A stretch of 24,000 bases of DNA from Micromonospora zhanjiangensis (GCF_042650605.1 NZ_JBHSBN010000027.1:17199-41198), one strand, 5' to 3'; counted from the first letter of the stretch, positions 1 through 9,482 are shown. Notes: a model not told the origin generated them from the sequence alone. Translations and numbers: made by a program.

Positions 1-332
1 ACGTCGCCGGGGCGGAGAACGAGCGGGAGTACGCCGACAAGGTGGCCGTGGGCCGCCGCGGCTGGCGGGCCGCCGGGGCCAGCTTCCTGGTGCTGTTCAC
101 CGCCGAGTGGGGCGACCTGTCGCAGTTGCTCACCGCCGGCCTGGTGGCCAGCGGCCGACCGGCGGTCCCGGTCTTCGTCGGGTCGTGGGCGGCGCTGGCG
201 GTGGTCTCCGGCGCGGCGGTGCTGCTCGGGCGGTGGTTGCAGCGCCGGATCCGGCTCTCGGTGATCAGTTACCTGGGTGCCGCGGCGTGCGCGGTGCTGG
301 CCGTGGTCACCACCGTCGCGGCGCTCGCCTGA
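1..332 (+). CDS. TMEM165/GDT1 (UPF0016) family membrane protein, C-terminal part; the 5' end lies outside the window
   Basis: Frame +3 is open from the window edge (VAGAENEREYADKVAVGRRGW...) to the TGA at 330-332. The product has hydrophobic helices and an E-W-G-D-L-S-Q motif resembling the E-x-G-D-(K/R)-(T/S) signature of this family. Confidence 0.6.
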   Translation, partial: VAGAENEREYADKVAVGRRGWRAAGASFLVLFTAEWGDLSQLLTAGLVASGRPAVPVFVGSWAALAVVSGAAVLLGRWLQRRIRLSVISYLGAAACAVLAVVTTVAALA

Positions 333-365
333 GCCGGCCCGCCGAGCATCGACGACCACGGGTTG

Positions 366-385
366 TCCACAGGGTTTTCCACAGG
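366..385 (+). repeat. Direct repeat TCCACAGG x2 with 12-bp register, upstream of purS; possible regulator site
   Basis: The sequence gTCCACAGGgtttTCCACAGGcg is read directly at 366-373 and 378-385. It lies about 100 bp upstream of the purS start, in the only sizeable non-coding gap ahead of the purSQL operon. Confidence 0.5.
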
Positions 386-485
386 CGGGCGGTGCGCCGA
401 CCGGTCGCTCTGCCAGGTACGCTGGCTGCGCTCGCCCCGTACCCGGGGGCCGGCACCCAACTGCGTACACAGTCAGGAGTGCCCC

Positions 486-749
486 GTGCCTCGCGTCGTA
501 GTCGACGTCATGCTCAAGCCGGAGATCCTTGATCCTCAGGGCCAGGCCGTCGCGAATGCGCTGCCGCGGATGGGCGTGAGCGACGTCTCCGCCGTCCGGA
601 TCGGGCGCCGGATCGAGATCGAGTTCACCGGCGAACCGGACCTGGAGCGGGCTCGGGAGATCGCCGACAAGCTGCTCGCCAACCCGGTCATCGAGGACTT
701 CACGGTCCGGCTGGTGAAGGCCGACGAACCGACGGAAGCGCATTCATGA
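486..749 (+). CDS. purS: Phosphoribosylformylglycinamidine synthase subunit PurS
   Basis: GTG at 486 is preceded by AGGAG (475-479). The product [26 protein letters not shown]... has canonical PurS sequence and length (87 aa). Its stop overlaps the purQ start (ATGA at 746-749). The ORF-track start at 363 is treated as an upstream extension. Confidence 0.9.
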   Translation: MPRVVVDVMLKPEILDPQGQAVANALPRMGVSDVSAVRIGRRIEIEFTGEPDLERAREIADKLLANPVIEDFTVRLVKADEPTEAHS

Positions 750-1429
750 GTGCCCGCATCGGGGTGGTGACCTTTCCGGGCTCCCTCGACGACGGCGACG
801 CCGCCCGGGCCGTACGCCTGGCCGGGGCCGAGGCGGTCCGGCTCTGGCACGGCGACGCGGACCTGCGCGGGGTGGACGCCGTGGTGCTGCCCGGCGGCTT
901 CTCCTACGGCGACTACCTCCGTTGCGGGGCGATCGCGCGTTTCGCCCCGGTGATGCAAACGATTGTCGGCGCCGCCCGTGACGGCCTGCCGGTGCTCGGC
1001 ATCTGCAACGGCTTCCAGATCCTCTGCGAGGCGCACCTGCTGCCCGGGGCGCTGACCCGCAACGAGCACCTGCACTTCCGCAACCGGGACCAGGTGCTGC
1101 GGGTCGAGGCGACCGGCACCGCCTGGACCAACGCCTTCCAGCCGGGCCAGGAGATCCTCATCCCGGTCAAGAACGGCGAGGGCCGGTACGTGGCGGACCG
1201 GCACACCCTCGACCAACTGGAGGCGGAGGGCCGGGTCGTCGCCCGGTACGTCGATGGCAACCCGAACGGCTCGCAGCGGGACATCGCCGCGGTCAGCAAC
1301 GCCGCCGGTAACGTGGTCGGCATCATGCCGCACCCCGAGCACGCCGTCGAGGCGCTGACCGGCCCGTCGCTGGACGGCCTCGGCTTCTTCACCTCGATCC
1401 TCAAGCACCTGGCGGGAGCGCCGGCATGA
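746..1429 (+). CDS. purQ: Phosphoribosylformylglycinamidine synthase subunit PurQ (glutamine amidotransferase)
   Basis: The 227-aa product carries the class-I GATase hallmarks: [21 protein letters not shown] (nucleophile Cys) and MPHPE. It is translationally coupled on both sides (ATGA overlaps with purS and purL). Confidence 0.95.
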   Translation: MSARIGVVTFPGSLDDGDAARAVRLAGAEAVRLWHGDADLRGVDAVVLPGGFSYGDYLRCGAIARFAPVMQTIVGAARDGLPVLGICNGFQILCEAHLLPGALTRNEHLHFRNRDQVLRVEATGTAWTNAFQPGQEILIPVKNGEGRYVADRHTLDQLEAEGRVVARYVDGNPNGSQRDIAAVSNAAGNVVGIMPHPEHAVEALTGPSLDGLGFFTSILKHLAGAPA

Positions 1430-4353
1430 CGACCCAGCCCGACACGGCCCCGGTGGGCGTACCGGCCCGCGCCGGCACGGACCTCTCGATCGACAGCTAC
1501 CAGTCGGAGCCCGACACCGTCGAGCGGGCCGCGGCCACCCCGGACGAGCTGCAGCCGTACGCCGAACTCGGCCTCCGGGAGGACGAGTACGACCGGATCC
1601 GGCAGGTCCTCGGCCGCCGGCCGACCCAGTCCGAGTTGGCGATGTACTCGATCATGTGGAGCGAGCACTGCTCCTACAAGTCGAGCAAGGTGCACCTGCG
1701 GCAGTTCAGCGAGAAGGCGCCGCCGAGCGACCTGATGCTGGCCGGGATCGGCGAGAACGCCGGTGTCGTCCGGGTCTCCGACCGGCTCGCGGTCACCTTC
1801 AAGGTGGAGTCGCACAACCACCCGAGCTTCGTGGAGCCGTACCAGGGTGCGGCGACCGGCGTCGGCGGCATCGTCCGGGACATCCTGGCGATGGGCGCCC
1901 GACCGGTCGCGGTGATGGACCCGCTGCGGTTCGGCGCGGCCGACCACCCGGACACCGCCCGGGTGCTGCCCGGCGTGGTGGCCGGCGTCGGCGGCTACGG
2001 CAACTGCCTGGGCCTGCCGAACATCGGCGGCGAGGTGGTCTTCGACCCCTGCTACCAGGGCAACCCACTGGTCAACGCGCTGTGCCTGGGCGTGCTCCCG
2101 GTGGACCGGCTGCAGAACAAGGCGGCCGCCGGTCCCGGCAACGTCGTCGTGCTGATGGGCGCGAAGACCGGCCGAGACGGCATCGGCGGGGTCTCGGTGC
2201 TGGCCAGCGCCACCTTCGACGACGGGAGCGAGCAGCGCCGCCCGTCGGTCCAGGTGGGCGACCCGTTCACCGAGAAGCTGTTGATCGAGGCATGCCTGGA
2301 GCTGTACGACGCCGGCCTGGTGGTCGGCATCCAGGACCTCGGCGGCGCCGGCCTGACCTGCGCGCTGACCGAGACCGCCGACGCGGCCGGCACCGGCATG
2401 CGGGTCTGGCTGGAGCGGGTGCCGCTGCGCGAGCCGTCGATGCAGCCGCACGAGATCCTGGCCAGCGAGTCGCAGGAGCGGATGCTGCTGATCGTCTCGC
2501 CGGAGAAGCTGGACGCGGTGCTGGGCACCGCCGAGCGGTGGGGCGTGCTGGCCACGGCCATCGGCGAGGTCACCCCGGCGCCGGCGGAGGGCCAACGCGG
2601 CCGGCTCCTGATCACCTGGCGGGATCACGCGGTGGTCGACGTGCCGCCCGGATCGCTTGTCGACGACGGGCCGGTCTACGCCCGCCCGATGCGGGAGCCG
2701 GCCGACCTCATCCTGCTGCGGGCCGACCGGGCCGAGACGTTGCCGCGCCCGGTCACCCCGGACGCGCTCCGGGAGACCCTGCTGCGGATGGTCGCCTCGC
2801 CCAACCTGTGCGACAAGACCTGGGTCACCGAGCAGTACGACCGGTACGTCCTCGGCAACACCGTGCTGGCCCAGCCCGAGGACGCCGGCGTGATCCGGAT
2901 CGACGAGCAGACCGGCCTCGGCGTGGCGCTCTCGGTCGACGGCAACGGCCGGTACGCGCGCCTGGACCCGTACAACGGGGCGAAGCTGGCGCTCGCCGAG
3001 TCGTACCGGAACGTGGCCGTGACCGGGGCGCGTCCGGTCGCCGTGACCAACTGCCTGAACTTCGGCTCGCCGGAGGACCCGACGGTGATGTGGCAGTTCG
3101 CCGAGGCCGTCCGCGGCCTCGCCGACGGCTGTGCCGAGTTGGGCATCCCGGTCACCGGCGGCAATGTCAGCTTCTACAACCAGACCGGCGCCGCGGCGAT
3201 CCACCCGACGCCGGTGGTGGGCGTCCTGGGCATCCTGGACAACGTCGTCGAGCGGGTGCCGATGGGCTTCAGCCGCTCCGAGAACGGCGCCGAAGACGTG
3301 ATCTTCCTGCTCGGTGAGACGCACGTCGAGCTGTCCGGGTCGGAGTGGGCCTGGGTGACGCACGAGCACCTGGGCGGCGAGCCGCCCCGGGTGGACCTGG
3401 CCCGCGAGCGTGCCCTGGGTGAGTTGATCGCCGAGGCGGCCCGGGTGGGACACGTCCGGGCCGCGCACGACGTGTCCGACGGCGGACTGGCCCAGACTCT
3501 GGTCGAGTCGTGCCTGCGGCGCGGCGTGGGGGCCCGGATCGTGCTCCCGGACGCGTTCGCCGGCGGTTCCATGCCGTTCGTGTTCCTGTTCAGCGAGTCC
3601 GCCGGTCGGGTCGTGGTGGCCGTGCCGCGTGGCCACGAGAAGGCCTTCACCGGCCTGTGTGCCGAGCGCGGCGTGCCGTGGACCCCGATCGGGGTCACCG
3701 ACCCCGGCGCCGGCGAACTCGAGGTACGCGGGCAGTTCACCGTCGGCCTCGACGAGCTGCGGTCGGCGGCCACGTCGACCCTGCCGCGACTGTTCGGCGA
3801 TATCGCCGCCCCGGTGGGGCCGGTTGACGGACCGACCGGACCGGCGACTCCGGCGGATGTTCAGGCCCCGGCTCCGGCCGGGGTTCATGCCTCGGCGCAG
3901 CCCTCGACCTCGGCCGAGGTTCCGACCCCGGCGGATGTCGCGGCTCCGGCACAGCCCTCGGCCTCCGCCGGGGTGGCGGACGAGCCGTCGGGCTCCCCGG
4001 CGGGGCCGGCTGTCGCCGAATCGACGACCGGGGAGACGCCGGAGCCGGCGGGACCGGCACCGGCCGAGGACGAGCCGGCGGCGGACCCCACCCAGCGGTC
4101 GACCGAGCCGGCGGCATCCGGCGAAGCCGGAACCGCGGTGCCCACCGGTGGGCCCGGGTCGGTCGAGCCGACCGGCGGGGCCGAACCGGTGGAGCCGACC
4201 GGCGAGGCCGGAGCCGTGGCGTCGGCCGCGCCGGGCACGGTGGGATCGTCGGACGACCCGGCGAAGCCCGTCCCATCGTCCGGCACCGACGCCGGTACCG
4301 GCACCGACGCCGGTACCGGCACCGACGCCGCGTCCGATCGAGATCCGGACTGA
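1426..4353 (+). CDS. purL: Phosphoribosylformylglycinamidine synthase subunit PurL, with an unusual low-complexity C-terminal extension of about 185 aa
   Basis: PurL motifs are present: [20 protein letters not shown], two AIR-synthase-like repeats and DVSDGGL. The recognisable PurL body ends near ...STLPRLFGD (about nt 3800), but the frame stays open to the TGA at 4351-4353. Confidence 0.95.
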   Translation: MTTQPDTAPVGVPARAGTDLSIDSYQSEPDTVERAAATPDELQPYAELGLREDEYDRIRQVLGRRPTQSELAMYSIMWSEHCSYKSSKVHLRQFSEKAPPSDLMLAGIGENAGVVRVSDRLAVTFKVESHNHPSFVEPYQGAATGVGGIVRDILAMGARPVAVMDPLRFGAADHPDTARVLPGVVAGVGGYGNCLGLPNIGGEVVFDPCYQGNPLVNALCLGVLPVDRLQNKAAAGPGNVVVLMGAKTGRDGIGGVSVLASATFDDGSEQRRPSVQVGDPFTEKLLIEACLELYDAGLVVGIQDLGGAGLTCALTETADAAGTGMRVWLERVPLREPSMQPHEILASESQERMLLIVSPEKLDAVLGTAERWGVLATAIGEVTPAPAEGQRGRLLITWRDHAVVDVPPGSLVDDGPVYARPMREPADLILLRADRAETLPRPVTPDALRETLLRMVASPNLCDKTWVTEQYDRYVLGNTVLAQPEDAGVIRIDEQTGLGVALSVDGNGRYARLDPYNGAKLALAESYRNVAVTGARPVAVTNCLNFGSPEDPTVMWQFAEAVRGLADGCAELGIPVTGGNVSFYNQTGAAAIHPTPVVGVLGILDNVVERVPMGFSRSENGAEDVIFLLGETHVELSGSEWAWVTHEHLGGEPPRVDLARERALGELIAEAARVGHVRAAHDVSDGGLAQTLVESCLRRGVGARIVLPDAFAGGSMPFVFLFSESAGRVVVAVPRGHEKAFTGLCAERGVPWTPIGVTDPGAGELEVRGQFTVGLDELRSAATSTLPRLFGDIAAPVGPVDGPTGPATPADVQAPAPAGVHASAQPSTSAEVPTPADVAAPAQPSASAGVADEPSGSPAGPAVAESTTGETPEPAGPAPAEDEPAADPTQRSTEPAASGEAGTAVPTGGPGSVEPTGGAEPVEPTGEAGAVASAAPGTVGSSDDPAKPVPSSGTDAGTGTDAGTGTDAASDRDPD
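4282..4330 (+). repeat. 18-bp tandem repeat (ggcaccgacgccggtacc, about 2.7 copies) encoding GTDAGT repeats at the end of the PurL tail
   Basis: Read directly: copies at 4282-4299 and 4300-4317, and a partial copy at 4318-4330. Confidence 0.85.
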
Positions 4354-4357
4354 CGCC

Positions 4358-5113
4358 TTGACCGAGGACGTCTTCGCTCAGCCCGGAGCCGGCGTCCGGT
4401 TCGACTGGGGTCCGGCCGGTGCGGCGGAACTCGGCCGGGTCTGCGCCGCCCTGGTGGTCGTCGACGTCCTGTCCTTCACCACCGCGGTCGACGTCGCGGT
4501 GGGCCGGGGGATCCGGGTGCACCCGTTCCCGTGGGGCGCACAGGCCGCCGAGTACGCCCTGCGGGTCGGGGCCGTCGCCGCGGTCGGGCGGAACGCGGTG
4601 ACCGCCGACCATCCGTGGTCGCTGTCCCCGGCGGCGTTGTGGGCCGCGCCGGTCGTCCCCGACCTGGTGTTGCCGTCGCCGAACGGAGCCACGATCTGCG
4701 CCGCCGCCAGCGCCACCGGACTACCGGTGCTGGCGGCCGGCCTGCGCAACGCGGCCGCCGTTGGACGGTGGCTGCTCCGCCAGGGGTACGGCTCCGCCGA
4801 CACGCCGATCGGTGTCGTCGCATCCGGGGAACGGTGGAGCGACGGGACGCTGCGACCGTGCGTGGAGGATCAGCTCGGTGCGGCCCTGGTGCTCGACGCG
4901 CTGGCCGTCGCCACCGGCGGCCTGTCGGTGGAGGCGGCGGTGGCGCTCGCCGCCCTCGCCGGCGTGCCGAGCGTGGTGCCGGCGGTCCGCGGTGGTGTCT
5001 CGGGCCGGGAACTGGCCGACCGGGGTTTCGCCGCAGACGTCGAGATCGCGACCCAGGTGGGTGCCTCCCGTACCGTCCCCCTGCTGCGCAACGGCGTGTT
5101 CACCCCGGCCTGA
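4358..5113 (+). CDS. 2-phosphosulfolactate phosphatase (ComB) family protein
   Basis: TTG at 4358 lies 4 nt after the purL stop and is the only plausible in-frame start. The product LTEDVFAQPGAGVRFDWGP...ALVVVDVLSFTTAVDVAV...LPSPNG...ASGERWSDG resembles the ComB-family VVIDVLRxTT core. The family assignment is from memory of that family, not a search. Confidence 0.6.
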   Translation: MTEDVFAQPGAGVRFDWGPAGAAELGRVCAALVVVDVLSFTTAVDVAVGRGIRVHPFPWGAQAAEYALRVGAVAAVGRNAVTADHPWSLSPAALWAAPVVPDLVLPSPNGATICAAASATGLPVLAAGLRNAAAVGRWLLRQGYGSADTPIGVVASGERWSDGTLRPCVEDQLGAALVLDALAVATGGLSVEAAVALAALAGVPSVVPAVRGGVSGRELADRGFAADVEIATQVGASRTVPLLRNGVFTPA

Positions 5114-5141
5114 CCGGCCTCGCCGGCCGGGCGGAACGACA

Positions 5142-5177
5142 GCGCCCCCGTCCGTCCGGAGACGGGATCGGGGGCGC
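5142..5177. terminator. GC-rich stem-loop between convergent genes; likely a bidirectional terminator
   Basis: A 9-bp stem gcgcccccg/cgggggcgc (5142-5150 / 5169-5177) encloses an inner ccgtc/gacgg stem. It sits between the stop at 5113 (+) and the stop at 5198 (-). Confidence 0.5.
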
Positions 5178-5197
5178 CGCGGGCAGGTTCGTCGAGG

Positions 5198-7144
5198 TCA
5201 GTCGTCCAACCAGTCCAGGGACCGGCGGTTGTTGCCCCGGTTGGCCTGCTCCGGTCGTTCCTGGCGGGTGTGCCCGCCGCCGTCCCGGTCGCCGTAACCC
5301 TGCTGACCCTGGTCGTAGCCGCCCCGCTGGCCCTGGTCGTAACCCGACTGGCCGCCGTAGCCGTCACGCTGGTCGTAGCCCTCGTCGCGCTGACCGTAGC
5401 CGCCCTGCTGGCCGCCGTAGCCCTGCTGGTCGTAGCCGCCCGCGCCGTAACCGTCGCCGGCTTCGTAGCCGCCGCCCGCGTTCCGGTCGTCGTAGCCGCC
5501 GCGCTGGTCGTAGCCGCCCCGCTGACCCTGGTCGTAACCGGGCTGCTGTTGCCCGCCACCGTAGCCACCGCCGGACGGCTGGTAGGCGCCCGTCTCGTAC
5601 GGGTCGGCCGGCTGACCGTAGTCGTCGCCACCCGCGCCCCCGCCGCCGGTGTAGCGGCCGGTCGGCTCGTCGTACCGCTGGTCGTAGCCGCCCGTCCCGC
5701 GGGTCGGGTAACCAGGGGCACCGGCCGAGTTGTAGTCCCGGCCGCCGTAGCCCGCGCCGGAGCCGGGCCGGTTGTCGTATCCGCTGCCGGACGACGGCGC
5801 GTTGCCGCCGTAGCCGGCACCGGAGCCCGGCGCGTTGCCGCCGTAGCCGGCACCCGAGCCCGGCGCGTTGCCGTAGCCGTCGGCGCCGTATCCGGCGATC
5901 TGGGTGGGTGCGTCGGCGGACGGGCCGTAACCGTCGCCGGCCCAGTCCTGGCCCCCGGCGGCGCCGTAGCCCGGTCGCTGGTTGGGCAGCGGCGCGCCGT
6001 ACGGGTCGGGGAACTCGTCGACCAGGGGCTGGTTGTGCATCATCGTCGGGGCGTCGGCGAGGGCCGCGCCGCCGACCATCGTCGGATCGGGGCCCATGCC
6101 GGCCCGGTTGGCCACCCGGGTCGCGTCGCCGCCGTAACCCCCGCCGCCCGGCGGTACGGCGCCACGCGGGCCACCGGCGCCGGCTCCCGGGCCGTCCGGC
6201 TCGTCGTCGTTGTTCTCCTTGCGGCGCATCACCAGCAGCACGATGGCCCCGACACCCAGGGCGACGAGCAGACCGCCGACGATGATCAGCAGCCAGGAAC
6301 TGAATCCGCCCTCGTCCGACTTCTTGTCGCTCGCGGCCGGCTGGCCGGTGGCGTCGCCGGGCGTCTCGTTGGCGTCACCCGGCGTCTCGGGCGGCTCCTC
6401 GGTCGGCGGCTCCGACGCCGACGGGGTGGCGCTCGGGGTGGCCGCGGTGAGCTTCAGGGTGATCTTCTGGTTGTTCAGCACCTGCCCCGCGTTGGCGGAG
6501 ACGGTCTTCGTGTTGGTGACGTTGCCCTTCGCCGCGCCGATCCTGATCTGGCCCGGGGCGATCGGCTGGCCGCTCGAACCGGTGAACCGGTAGGCGCCGT
6601 TGCTGTTGGTCCTGGCCGGGTAGTTGTGCCCGGCCGAGTCCTGCAGGCCCACGTCCGCGTCGGCGACCGGGTCGCCGGTCGCGGCGTCGACGACCCGCCC
6701 GGAGACCTCCTTGACCGTCTGGGCCTCCGGCGGCGCCGCACCCTTGACGATCAGGGTGAAGTCGCCGGTGTCCGGCCCGCCGGGGTTGGCCTCGGCGCGC
6801 ACCGTCACGCGCGAGTTCGCGTCCGGCGCGTTCGCTGCCGCCTTGAGGGTCAGCAACTGGGTGGTGGTGCCCACGTTCGGCGGGACGGTCCCACAGCCGC
6901 TGGCGCAGCTCACCCCGTTCGGCAGGCCGGTGAGGCTGATCGTGACCGGCCCGTCGCCGGCACTGCCGTTGATCCGCACCGTCACCGTCGCGTCGCTGCC
7001 GGCCTGGAGCGTCACCGAGCCGGGCGAGACGTCGATGCGGGGCTGGGCCGATGCGGCCACGGCCGGCAGAGCGAGCAGGGCACTGGTCGCCAGCGCCACG
7101 ACCACACCGGCCCGCTGCAGCCAGGCATGTCGGTGTGTTGTCAC
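5198..7144 (-). CDS. Single-pass membrane protein: signal peptide, Ig-like and carboxypeptidase-regulatory-like ectodomains, P/T/E linker, TM helix, and a long G/Y/D/Q/R-rich cytoplasmic tail
   Basis: GTG at 7144 has GGAAGG 8 nt upstream. The N-terminus VTTHRHAWLQRAGVVVALATSALLALPAVAASA looks like a signal peptide. VSGRVVDAATGDPVADADVGLQDSAGHNYPARTNSNGAYRF matches the CarboxypepD_reg pattern. The TM helix FSSWLLIIVGGLLVALGVGAIVLLVM is followed by RRK. GC3 is strong on this strand. The ORF-track start at 7228 is rejected because it adds a non-signal leader. Confidence 0.8.
   Translation of the reverse strand: MTTHRHAWLQRAGVVVALATSALLALPAVAASAQPRIDVSPGSVTLQAGSDATVTVRINGSAGDGPVTISLTGLPNGVSCASGCGTVPPNVGTTTQLLTLKAAANAPDANSRVTVRAEANPGGPDTGDFTLIVKGAAPPEAQTVKEVSGRVVDAATGDPVADADVGLQDSAGHNYPARTNSNGAYRFTGSSGQPIAPGQIRIGAAKGNVTNTKTVSANAGQVLNNQKITLKLTAATPSATPSASEPPTEEPPETPGDANETPGDATGQPAASDKKSDEGGFSSWLLIIVGGLLVALGVGAIVLLVMRRKENNDDEPDGPGAGAGGPRGAVPPGGGGYGGDATRVANRAGMGPDPTMVGGAALADAPTMMHNQPLVDEFPDPYGAPLPNQRPGYGAAGGQDWAGDGYGPSADAPTQIAGYGADGYGNAPGSGAGYGGNAPGSGAGYGGNAPSSGSGYDNRPGSGAGYGGRDYNSAGAPGYPTRGTGGYDQRYDEPTGRYTGGGGAGGDDYGQPADPYETGAYQPSGGGYGGGQQQPGYDQGQRGGYDQRGGYDDRNAGGGYEAGDGYGAGGYDQQGYGGQQGGYGQRDEGYDQRDGYGGQSGYDQGQRGGYDQGQQGYGDRDGGGHTRQERPEQANRGNNRRSLDWLDD
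5796..5880 (-). repeat. 33-bp in-frame tandem repeat (2 full copies plus a degenerate third) encoding GNAPGSGAGYG units
   Basis: Units at 5796-5828 and 5829-5861 differ at one base. A third copy starts at 5862 with a 3-nt deletion. Confidence 0.85.
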
Positions 7145-7305
7145 GGCCACCGCCTTCCGGGTCTGACCTGTCCGGTCGATACGTGGAGACCGGATCGAGT
7201 TGCCACCGTACGAATACACCGTCGGCAACTATGCCTTGTCTGGCCGGATCTGCGCGACCCAGGGGCAGCGGCCGTCGTCAACACGACGGGTCGTATCGTC
7301 CCGTC

Positions 7306-7686
7306 GTGTCCTCTCCGTACAGTAAGTCCGCGGCGGTGGCCGCGGTGATCGCGGCGCTCGACGACGGCCGGACTCCCCAGGCCGACGCGTTGCGGGCTGC
7401 GGTCCGGGCCTTGTTGACCGAGTTCGCCCGGCGGGTACCCGGCCGAACGGTGGAGGTCCGCGTCCCACCTTATGGCGCAGTTCAATGCGTGGCCGGTCCC
7501 CGGCACACCCGGGGCAACCCGCCGAACGTGGTCCAGCTGGATCCGGTGACCTGGGTCGAGCTGGTCACCGGGCGGCTGAGCTGGGCCGACGCGCTGGCTG
7601 CCGGTCGGGTGTCGGCCAGTGGGAACCGGGCCGACCTGTCCGCCTACCTGCCGCTGCCGGAGCTGGACCGGATCGACGACCGGTGA
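7306..7686 (+). CDS. Sterol-carrier-like (bacterial SCP orthologue) family protein
   Basis: GTG at 7306. The 126-aa product reads ...AVRALLTEFARRVPGRTVEVRVPPYGAVQCVAGPRHTRGNPPNVVQLDPVTWVELVTGRLSWADALAAGRVSASGNRADLSAYLPL. This matches my recollection of the small SCP-like proteins found next to purF in actinobacteria. Not verified by search. Confidence 0.55.
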   Translation: MSSPYSKSAAVAAVIAALDDGRTPQADALRAAVRALLTEFARRVPGRTVEVRVPPYGAVQCVAGPRHTRGNPPNVVQLDPVTWVELVTGRLSWADALAAGRVSASGNRADLSAYLPLPELDRIDDR

Positions 7687-7816
7687 CGTGGCGGCCGTCG
7701 GCTCACACCAGGTGCCGCCCGGTGTTCGCGTACACTGACGGCGACGGTGGTCCCGGTGTCGAGCACTACCCATCCCGCGACTCGACGGCCGGGTTGATCA
7801 GCAGAGGGAGCGTCAG

Positions 7817-9388
7817 GTGCCCCGAGGCGACGGCCGCTTGAACCACGACCTTGATCCCGAACGGCCCGGCCCGCAGGACGCGTGTGGCGTGTTCGGTGTC
7901 TGGGCGCCCGGCGAGGATGTGGCCAAGCTCACCTATTTCGGTCTCTACGCTCTGCAGCACCGGGGGCAGGAGGCGGCCGGCATCGCCGTCAGCGACGGTA
8001 CGGGCGTGGTGGTCTTCAAGGACCTCGGCCTGGTGGCGCAGGTTTTCGACGAGCCGACCCTGGCCAGCCTGCGCGGGCATCTCGCCATCGGGCACGCCCG
8101 CTACTCCACCACCGGTGCATCGACGTGGGAAAACGCCCAACCGACCATCCGGGCCACCAATGCCGGCACCACGATCGCGTTGGCGCACAACGGAAATTTG
8201 GTCAACACGGCCGAACTCGCCCAGGAGGTCACCGAGCGGGACGTCGAGTCGGACGGTTCCACCTCGGACACCGCGCTGGTGACGGCGCTGCTGGCCAGCC
8301 GGCCGGACCTGTCGGTCGAGGCGGCGGCGGTCGAGGTGCTGCCGATGCTGCGCGGGGCGTTCAGCTTCGTCTTCATGGATGAGCACACCCTCTACGCGGC
8401 GCGCGATCCGCACGGCGTACGGCCGCTGGTGCTGGGCCGGTTGGAGCGCGGCTGGGTGGTGGCGAGCGAGACCGCCGCGTTGGACATCGTCGGCGCCAGC
8501 GTGGTCCGCGAGGTGGAGCCGGGCGAGTTGCTGGCGATCGACGAGAACGGCCTGCGGTCCGTCCGGTTCGCCGCTCCGGAGCCGAAGGGCTGCCTCTTCG
8601 AGTACGTGTACATCGCCCGGCCGGACACCACCATCGCCGGCCGGAACATCCACGCCGCCCGGGTGGCCATCGGCCGGCAACTGGCCAAGGAGCACCCGGT
8701 GGAGGCCGACCTGGTGATCCCGGTGCCGGAGTCCGGTACGCCCGCCGCGATCGGTTACGCCGAGGCGTCGGGCATCACCTACGGCGCCGGCCTGCTGAAG
8801 AACGGGTACGTCGGGCGCACCTTCATCCAGCCGTCCCAGACGCTGCGTCAACTCGGCATCCGGCTCAAGTTGAACCCGCTGCGGGAAAACGTGCGGGGCA
8901 AGCGGCTGGTCGTGGTGGACGACTCGATCGTGCGGGGCAACACCCAGCGGGCGATCGTCCGGATGCTGCGGGAGGCCGGGGCGTTGGAGGTGCACGTACG
9001 CATCTCCTCGCCGCCGGTCAGCTGGCCGTGTTTCTACGGCATCGACTTCGCCACCCGTGCCGAGTTGCTGGCCCACGGGTTGGACAACGAGGGCGTCCGG
9101 CGCTCCATCGGCGCCGACACGCTGGGCTACGTCTCGCTCGGCGGGCTGATCGCGGCCACCGAACAACCGAAGACCCGGTTGTGTCGGGCGTGCTTCGACG
9201 GGGAGTATCCGATCGAGCTTCCGGCTGGCAACCTGATCGGCAAGCACGTGCTCGAAGGGGTGGGTCGCCGGGTCACCGACCCGGCCGCCCGATCCGGAGA
9301 GGGCGGCGCCGGGACCGACCGGTCCGGCACCGCGACCCGGCCGCTCGTCGCCACTCCCGGCGGCGTCGAGGCACCGCACCGTCAATAG
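7817..9388 (+). CDS. purF: Amidophosphoribosyltransferase
   Basis: GTG at 7817 follows GAGGGAG. A propeptide precedes CGVFGVWAPGEDVAKLTYFGLYALQHRGQEAAGIA (Ntn-amidotransferase). A PRTase motif (RLVVVDDSIVRGNT) and the Cys ligands of a [4Fe-4S] PurF are present. Confidence 0.95.
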   Translation: MPRGDGRLNHDLDPERPGPQDACGVFGVWAPGEDVAKLTYFGLYALQHRGQEAAGIAVSDGTGVVVFKDLGLVAQVFDEPTLASLRGHLAIGHARYSTTGASTWENAQPTIRATNAGTTIALAHNGNLVNTAELAQEVTERDVESDGSTSDTALVTALLASRPDLSVEAAAVEVLPMLRGAFSFVFMDEHTLYAARDPHGVRPLVLGRLERGWVVASETAALDIVGASVVREVEPGELLAIDENGLRSVRFAAPEPKGCLFEYVYIARPDTTIAGRNIHAARVAIGRQLAKEHPVEADLVIPVPESGTPAAIGYAEASGITYGAGLLKNGYVGRTFIQPSQTLRQLGIRLKLNPLRENVRGKRLVVVDDSIVRGNTQRAIVRMLREAGALEVHVRISSPPVSWPCFYGIDFATRAELLAHGLDNEGVRRSIGADTLGYVSLGGLIAATEQPKTRLCRACFDGEYPIELPAGNLIGKHVLEGVGRRVTDPAARSGEGGAGTDRSGTATRPLVATPGGVEAPHRQ

Positions 9389-9482
9389 CACCGACCGCCC
9401 GGCCAGCAGTGGCAGCCCCGAGTGTCGGGCCACCCCCGACCGCTACCCGACCGGCCGTCCGCGAGAACCAAAGGGGAGAACC

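Noticed and set aside
333-485. A possible ZTP (pfl) or purine riboswitch in the purS leader.
   Set aside because: I could not find the conserved ZTP 3' element (CCGCCTGGGC-like pseudoknot) or a purine-riboswitch three-way junction by eye. Only the TCCACAGG direct repeat stands out. A covariance-model scan (Rfam RF01750, RF00167) would be decisive.
913-3888. A 991-aa ORF on the minus strand antisense to purQ/purL.
   Set aside because: This is a GC-driven shadow frame. It is Arg/Pro/Gly/His-rich with no domain logic, and it lies wholly opposite two unambiguous pur genes that carry the codon bias.
3629-4357. The upstream 240 codons of the 494-aa ORF that contains the ComB-like gene.
   Set aside because: This part overlaps the purL tail in another frame and is Arg/Pro-rich. 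The ComB-family similarity only begins after the purL stop, so the start was set at TTG 4358.
5270-7348. A 692-aa plus-strand ORF, plus the Arg-rich 584-aa ORF at 4531-6285.
   Set aside because: Both lie antisense to, or out of frame with, the membrane-protein and ComB-like genes. Their composition (runs of R, A, V, G) is typical of non-coding frames in high-GC DNA, and neither has a start context.
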